64,000 bases of DNA from a virus: IMG/VR virus record IMGVR_UViG_3300045988_054218; one strand, given 5' to 3'. Made by a program: the position numbers and the translations under genes. Below the pieces are notes generated by a model. The model had not been told where the DNA came from and ran no database searches. It saw nothing but the letters and a program-made list of their open reading frames with translations. This document shows positions 60,044 through 64,000 of the stretch, one piece after another (position 1 is the first letter of the stretch; every line of letters begins with the position of its first letter).

Positions 60044-60256
60044 ATGGAGAATAGTCATATATATGTTTCAGATAGCGACCGTCAATATATTCTTGCTAAG
60101 GATGATATTATCAAGATATCTAAATTATATGGTTCTTGTTTTATTATCATAACAAGTAAGATAGCACCGGCTATAACTTTAGAATATAAAGATGCAAAAG
60201 CCGCAGAAGCTGCTTATGAAGATTTAATGCTTCAATTATGTAATCTACATACTTAA
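60044..60256 (+). CDS. Hypothetical protein (70 aa)
   Basis: ATG follows AAAGGAGAAGTTT. Lies within ORF-track 60026-60256. Confidence 0.6.
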   Translation: MENSHIYVSDSDRQYILAKDDIIKISKLYGSCFIIITSKIAPAITLEYKDAKAAEAAYEDLMLQLCNLHT

Positions 60257-60268
60257 GGAGATAGAACT

Positions 60269-60595
60269 ATGAAAACAGTATTCGCTTATGAGGTTGTTCT
60301 ATATGATACTGACCAAGATAATCGCGGCCACTTCTTCATTACCTCTGGTCTAAGTTTTGCTGATAACTTTGGAGAAGCTGCCGCGATCTTAGAGTCCACT
60401 TATGGAGAAATGCTCAAGAGTATCAAGAATCTTGAATTTATCCATGATGATCAAAATGTTATCACACTTCCTCGTGATATCATTCGTAACTATATTGATG
60501 GAGAAAAGTTTATCAATGAAATCCCTTGTGACAGCGAAGGTCGAGAATTAGCTACTTTGAATCAAAACGCAAGTAAAGCTAACGATAACTGGTAA
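60269..60595 (+). CDS. Hypothetical protein (108 aa)
   Basis: Complete ORF following TAAGGAGATAGAACT. Confidence 0.65.
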   Translation: MKTVFAYEVVLYDTDQDNRGHFFITSGLSFADNFGEAAAILESTYGEMLKSIKNLEFIHDDQNVITLPRDIIRNYIDGEKFINEIPCDSEGRELATLNQNASKANDNW

Positions 60596-60615
60596 GAAAG
60601 GATTGGTGTTATTCC

Positions 60616-60858
60616 ATGAAAACTGCCGTCATTTCCGTATCCCTCCATTCAAAAACCTTCGAAGATCGCTTTCCAATTACTGCGGAAACAAAAGAATATG
60701 AAATCGCGGACCGGGCATTTCAGCTGGCTTTAATGTTCGTCCAAACAAGAGCAATCGCTGAGCGTGGCCGCAAGCCTTCGGGCTACGAATTTGGAAAACT
60801 GCTCGAAGAAACTGAATACAACTATAAAATTGAGGAGGTCAATGAGGATGAGGCTTGA
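60616..60858 (+). CDS. Hypothetical protein (80 aa)
   Basis: Complete ORF-track ORF. Confidence 0.6.
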   Translation: MKTAVISVSLHSKTFEDRFPITAETKEYEIADRAFQLALMFVQTRAIAERGRKPSGYEFGKLLEETEYNYKIEEVNEDEA

Positions 60859-61111
60859 AGACTACAAAGCTTGGTTGCTTGAGCATGGCGAGATTAAAGA
60901 GGAATATGAGCGCCCCTATAATCCTCAATGCGATCCACCTGAGTACAAAGATGGCAGTTACTTTTTAAGTTATGACCTGATGTATGCGGGACGGCCCTAT
61001 GCAGGCTTCGCAGTTGGCGATACAACTCCTTTGGCTTGTTATAAGTATGTTTATGATGAATCCAAAGCCTATCTGGAAGAGAAATTGAAGCATCTAATAA
61101 AAGAAGAATAA
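60842..61111 (+). CDS. Hypothetical protein (89 aa; ATG 60842 or 60848)
   Basis: GAGGAGG SD. Lies within ORF-track 60764-61111. Confidence 0.6.
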   Translation: MRMRLEDYKAWLLEHGEIKEEYERPYNPQCDPPEYKDGSYFLSYDLMYAGRPYAGFAVGDTTPLACYKYVYDESKAYLEEKLKHLIKEE

Positions 61112-61120
61112 ATGCGTATA

Positions 61121-61160
61121 AGAGATTGATAGACTACCTCTATCAATCTCTTTGTATTTT
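61121..61160 (+). terminator. Rho-independent terminator
   Basis: AGAGATTGATAGA-CTACC-TCTATCAATCTCT followed by a T-rich tail. Confidence 0.7.
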
Positions 61161-61180
61161 TATAAAAAATATATTATAAT
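61152..61180 (+). promoter_or_regulatory. Promoter (TTGTAT-17-TATAAT)
   Basis: Followed by the leader ATATATAGAAAGTGAGGGAG. Confidence 0.45.
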
Positions 61181-61207
61181 ATATATAGAAAGTGAGGGAG
61201 ATAGTAA

Positions 61208-61459
61208 ATGGAAGTAAAAATGATGCCTACAGTTAGTTCTTATGAACTTGAGGAAGCAATTAAGCAGCAGTATGACTTGGATGTAGAGATTCCCACTCTG
61301 CTGTTCCCCGAAGATTTCATGAACGACTGCTTTAAGGAGTATGCTTACAAGGATACTCGTTGGGATGAGTTCTGTGAAAGTGACGAACTGTGCGTGCGGC
61401 AGTACCTGCGCGACGTGTTCCCGCAGTATGAGAGTATTCTCGTCAAGATTTCTTGGTAA
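61208..61459 (+). CDS. Hypothetical acidic protein (83 aa)
   Basis: Complete ORF following GAGGGAG. Confidence 0.65.
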   Translation: MEVKMMPTVSSYELEEAIKQQYDLDVEIPTLLFPEDFMNDCFKEYAYKDTRWDEFCESDELCVRQYLRDVFPQYESILVKISW

Positions 61460-61478
61460 TTGAAAGGAGATAAGAGAT

Positions 61479-61961
61479 ATGGTAGCACCTAGCTTCAAGG
61501 ATTTCCCCATTGTGAAAGAGCAGTATGTCAAGGGCGGCAAGTATTATGTCGATGTGAAGAATCCTAAGACTGGTACTGTCCGCTCTGTGCGTTGGTATAC
61601 CGATGCAGAGTTCGCCAAGAATTATGGCAAGAAACTCGAAGATGGCGAAGATAAGGGCTGGGATGGTCTGAAGCACGCTCGTGGCTTCGATAAGGGGCCT
61701 ATCCTTGTTATCCGCGGTGCTCGTTCCACCGATGAAGAGTGGCTGAAGCATTCCTGCGCTCGTTATGCTGTCGGTATTGGCTGGCACATCGTAAGCACGG
61801 ATACTTTCCCCGAAGATGCTCCTAAGCATCTCAAATATCTCATTCTTGGATGGGACGAGTTCAGAAATGGCGACGATCGCCACATGAAGAAGCCTGCTGA
61901 ACTAGCTGCGATCCTCGACAAGAAAGCAAAGAATAAGGAGTGGATCAAGATCAATGCCTAA
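61479..61961 (+). CDS. Hypothetical protein (160 aa)
   Basis: Complete ORF following AAAGGAGATAAGAGAT. Confidence 0.7.
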   Translation: MVAPSFKDFPIVKEQYVKGGKYYVDVKNPKTGTVRSVRWYTDAEFAKNYGKKLEDGEDKGWDGLKHARGFDKGPILVIRGARSTDEEWLKHSCARYAVGIGWHIVSTDTFPEDAPKHLKYLILGWDEFRNGDDRHMKKPAELAAILDKKAKNKEWIKINA

Positions 61962-62115
61962 ACATACTATTATTCTCAATCTTATTGCCGCTATTCTATG
62001 GGGCTTTAACTGCGGCATTTCTGTCGATCGGCTTTATCGAGCTTCTGCGATTATCGAAGCTGGCTTTTGTATCTTCTTTGCCAGCATCGCCATTATCGGC
62101 ATCACCACTATGTAA
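61954..62115 (+). CDS. Small membrane protein (53 aa)
   Basis: ATG overlaps the end of the previous gene. MPKHTIILNLIAAILWGFNCG...FCIFFASIAIIGITTM. TAA at 62113-62115. Confidence 0.5.
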   Translation: MPKHTIILNLIAAILWGFNCGISVDRLYRASAIIEAGFCIFFASIAIIGITTM

Positions 62116-62141
62116 AATAGACACCAGCCGCAAGACAAAAC

Positions 62142-62170
62142 TTGAAAAAATCTCAAAAATATTCTATAAT
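62142..62170 (+). promoter_or_regulatory. Promoter, tandem 1 of 2 (TTGAAA-17-TATAAT)
   Basis: Followed by ATATATAGAAGTTAAGGGAAAGG, the conserved initial transcribed sequence. Confidence 0.45.
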
Positions 62171-62240
62171 ATATATAGAAGTTAAGGGAAAGGAAAAACA
62201 AGGATACATTCCATTCCGCAAGAAAATGTTTGACGAACTC

Positions 62241-62269
62241 TTGACTTTTGAGAAATTTTTTCGTATAAT
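62241..62269 (+). promoter_or_regulatory. Promoter, tandem 2 of 2 (TTGACT-17-TATAAT)
   Basis: Lies 35 nt upstream of the ATG at 62304. Confidence 0.55.
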
Positions 62270-62303
62270 AAATACATAAAATGATGAAAAGGAGAACCCT
62301 ATT

Positions 62304-62729
62304 ATGACTAACACTAAGAAGATTACCAAGCGCGAATGCTACAACACCCTGATGACCATGGTGGACCATGTTGAGTCCGAGGGCGTTACTTTCGAGAACG
62401 AGGATATGACCTGCGATGCTCTGCGTGAGTTTATTGCTCATGAGATCGAGCTTCTGGACAATAAGGCTGCTGCTGCTGCTAAGCGCGCTCAGGCTAAGCG
62501 TGATGAGGGCGATGCTCTCCGTGCTCGTATCCTTGAGGTTATGTCCACTGAGGACTTCATGACTATTCCTGAGATTGTCAAGGCTATCGGCGACGAAGAT
62601 GTGTCTGCTCAGATGGTGACTGCTCGTCTGACCCAGTGCGTAAAGGCCGATCTGGCTGAAAAGGACAGCGTGTCTGTTGAGGTTGCTGGTAAGGCGAAGA
62701 AGCTCTCTGGCTATCGTAAGCTGGGTTAA
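62304..62729 (+). CDS. Winged-helix-like protein (141 aa), paralogue of 53595-53996
   Basis: Complete ORF following AAAGGAGAACC. Confidence 0.7.
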   Translation: MTNTKKITKRECYNTLMTMVDHVESEGVTFENEDMTCDALREFIAHEIELLDNKAAAAAKRAQAKRDEGDALRARILEVMSTEDFMTIPEIVKAIGDEDVSAQMVTARLTQCVKADLAEKDSVSVEVAGKAKKLSGYRKLG

Positions 62730-62868
62730 TCGAATAACTCATATTAGAAAGCTCGGTCAAATGACCGAGCTTTCTTTTTAAGCAAAAGAAGAAGAAACAA
62801 GGCCCGCAAGGAAAGTCTACAATCGAGCAAATAATATAGATAATCATAAAAAGAATAATAGGAAACAT
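62584..62868 (-). CDS. Small hydrophobic peptide gene with its own promoter; 3' end uncertain
   Basis: ATG at 62868 follows AGAAAGGATTGTAAATT and the consensus promoter at 62902-62930. The N-terminus MFPIILFMIIYIICSIV is a TM helix. The formal ORF runs antisense into 62304-62729, which is doubtful. Confidence 0.3.
   Translation of the reverse strand: MFPIILFMIIYIICSIVDFPCGPCFFFFCLKRKLGHLTELSNMSYSINPAYDSQRASSPYQQPQQTRCPFQPDRPLRTGSDEQSPSEQTHLRRR
62747..62779 (+). terminator. Rho-independent terminator
   Basis: GAAAGCTCGGTC-AAAT-GACCGAGCTTTC followed by TTTTT. Confidence 0.8.
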
Positions 62869-62901
62869 AATTTACAATCCTTTCTTTTAGTTTCTATATT
62901 T

Positions 62902-62930
62902 ATTATAACAAAATTAAATGAAACTGTCAA
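62902..62930 (-). promoter_or_regulatory. Minus-strand promoter (TTGACA-17-TATAAT)
   Basis: The minus strand reads TTGACAGTTTCATTTAATTTTGTTATAAT. Confidence 0.55.
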
Positions 62931-62951
62931 TCTAATTGGCAATTTCATAGC

Positions 62952-62980
62952 TTGACAATTAAAGATTATTATGCTACTAT
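62952..62980 (+). promoter_or_regulatory. Promoter (TTGACA-17-TACTAT, TGn)
   Basis: Divergent from the promoter at 62902-62930. Confidence 0.5.
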
Positions 62981-63007
62981 AAATATAGAAGAAATGGAGG
63001 CTTAAAC

Positions 63008-63769
63008 ATGATTTTTAGTGTTAATTACCATTCACAATATAAACAAGAGGCTCAAGAAATTAGATGTCCTATCAATCAGTTAGGAACTATCTTTACCTTT
63101 ATTAAAGACAATCCTAATAAACGATATAACATCACAATGAAGAATAGTTCTTTCTCCATAAAAGAACGAGAGCAGATTGATTTAATCAAAACTGTTACAG
63201 ATAACTATACTATTAGTTGCGGCCGGATAGATCAACTGCGGATGTTGCTTACTAAAGGCTATCATGCCTATTTAACTTTCCCCGCAACAGATTGGGAGAC
63301 ATTTGCAGAACTTCAAGATCTAGGCGTGTCTGATATTTATATCGACGGTCCGCTCGGTTTTCAGATGGATAAGATTGCCGCAGGTAAGAAAGAAACTAAA
63401 ATCCGCGTATCTCCTACTCTATCTCCAAATAGTAGTCTAACAAGAGGAGATGCTAATGACTTCTTTATTCGCCCGGAAGACCTTAAACTTTATACCTCAA
63501 TAGATGTAATTGATTTTAATGAGCCTGACAAAGATAAAGAAGATGTACTTTTTTCTATTTACAACAGAGGTACATTTAATTATAGCTTAAAAGATTTAAT
63601 GGTCAACTTGCCTTATGATATTAACAATCTTCTATTCAAAGAAGATTTCGCAACTCATAGGCTTAATTGCGGACAGCGCTGTAAAGAACCCGGTAGAGCC
63701 TGTCATCTATGCTCTAATTATTTTACAGTAATTGAAGACTCTCTTAAACTAATTGAAAAATCTAATTGA
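63008..63769 (+). CDS. Hypothetical protein (253 aa)
   Basis: Complete ORF following ATGGAGGCTTAAAC. TGA stop. Confidence 0.7.
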   Translation: MIFSVNYHSQYKQEAQEIRCPINQLGTIFTFIKDNPNKRYNITMKNSSFSIKEREQIDLIKTVTDNYTISCGRIDQLRMLLTKGYHAYLTFPATDWETFAELQDLGVSDIYIDGPLGFQMDKIAAGKKETKIRVSPTLSPNSSLTRGDANDFFIRPEDLKLYTSIDVIDFNEPDKDKEDVLFSIYNRGTFNYSLKDLMVNLPYDINNLLFKEDFATHRLNCGQRCKEPGRACHLCSNYFTVIEDSLKLIEKSN

Positions 63770-63828
63770 TTTTCTTTTTTAATTATAATATAATATTATT
63801 ATAAGATAAAAGAAAAGGAGTGTTTCTA

Positions 63829-64000
63829 ATGTCTAAGTGGTCTGAGATTCTCCCTTAGGATGCTCTATGCTTGGCAACTGAGCTTGAAGCTCATGCGCAA
63901 GAAGAGCGAGATAATGGTAAGATTTTGTATCCTCCGCAGGAACAAATCTTTAGAGCATTGCAGTTGACAAAACCTGAAGATGTGCGGGTTTGCCTCGTAG
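63829..64000 (+). CDS. ung: Uracil-DNA glycosylase, N-terminal part (continues beyond the window; 1 TAG at codon 10)
   Basis: ATG follows AAAAGGAG. MSKWSEILP-TAG-DALCLATELEAHAQEERDNGKILYPPQEQIFRALQLTKPEDVRVCLV matches the Ung family-1 N-terminal pattern (W...l...., g..iyPp...vF.a......dvkVvilG). Confidence 0.7.

Overview
This 64-kb window is part of a large tailed dsDNA phage. The signals look Gram-positive: AGGAGG-type ribosome-binding sites (SD), TTGACA-17-TATAAT promoters that often carry a TGn extended -10, and a lipobox lipoprotein. The genes only make sense if TAG is read as a sense codon, probably Gln (code-15-like). In the late region the ORF-track fragments join in frame across TAG and nothing else. 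Every hand-stitched gene ends in TAA or TGA just before the next SD and start codon, and none of the roughly 95 genes called here ends in TAG.

Layout:
- (i) 1-3.4 kb, + strand: a canonical diversity-generating retroelement (DGR) in the order VR end of target gene, Avd-like gene, TR, reverse transcriptase, followed by two accessory genes.
- (ii) 3.5-41.6 kb, - strand: one late/structural module. It runs from a regulator-like gene through small and large terminase, nuclease, portal, scaffold, decoration, major capsid, connectors, major tail and chaperone, to a 2,902-aa tape measure and five large baseplate/fibre proteins.
- (iii) 41.6-44.1 kb, + strand: FolD, a Pth2-type peptidyl-tRNA hydrolase, a lipoprotein and small zinc-ribbon genes.
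- (iv) 44.1-64 kb: an early/accessory region of about 45 small genes arranged as promoter-gene-terminator units. It holds at least 28 promoters with exact 17-bp spacers, tandem promoter arrays, repeated TTGTGCAA/TCCCGAAA boxes, a family of covarying GC hairpins, a DnaQ-like exonuclease, a HAD nucleotidase, AbrB-type regulators and the start of a uracil-DNA glycosylase.

Genes fall into two compositional classes. One is GC-richer and TAG-free (early genes plus the most abundant virion proteins). The other is AT-rich and TAG-containing.

I recognised no rRNA, tRNA (including a suppressor tRNA), CRISPR array, integrase or transposase by eye.

Limits: coordinates of hand-stitched genes were checked by frame arithmetic and partial hand translation. 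Not every TAG junction was translated, and functional calls rest on remembered family motifs and synteny, not on searches.
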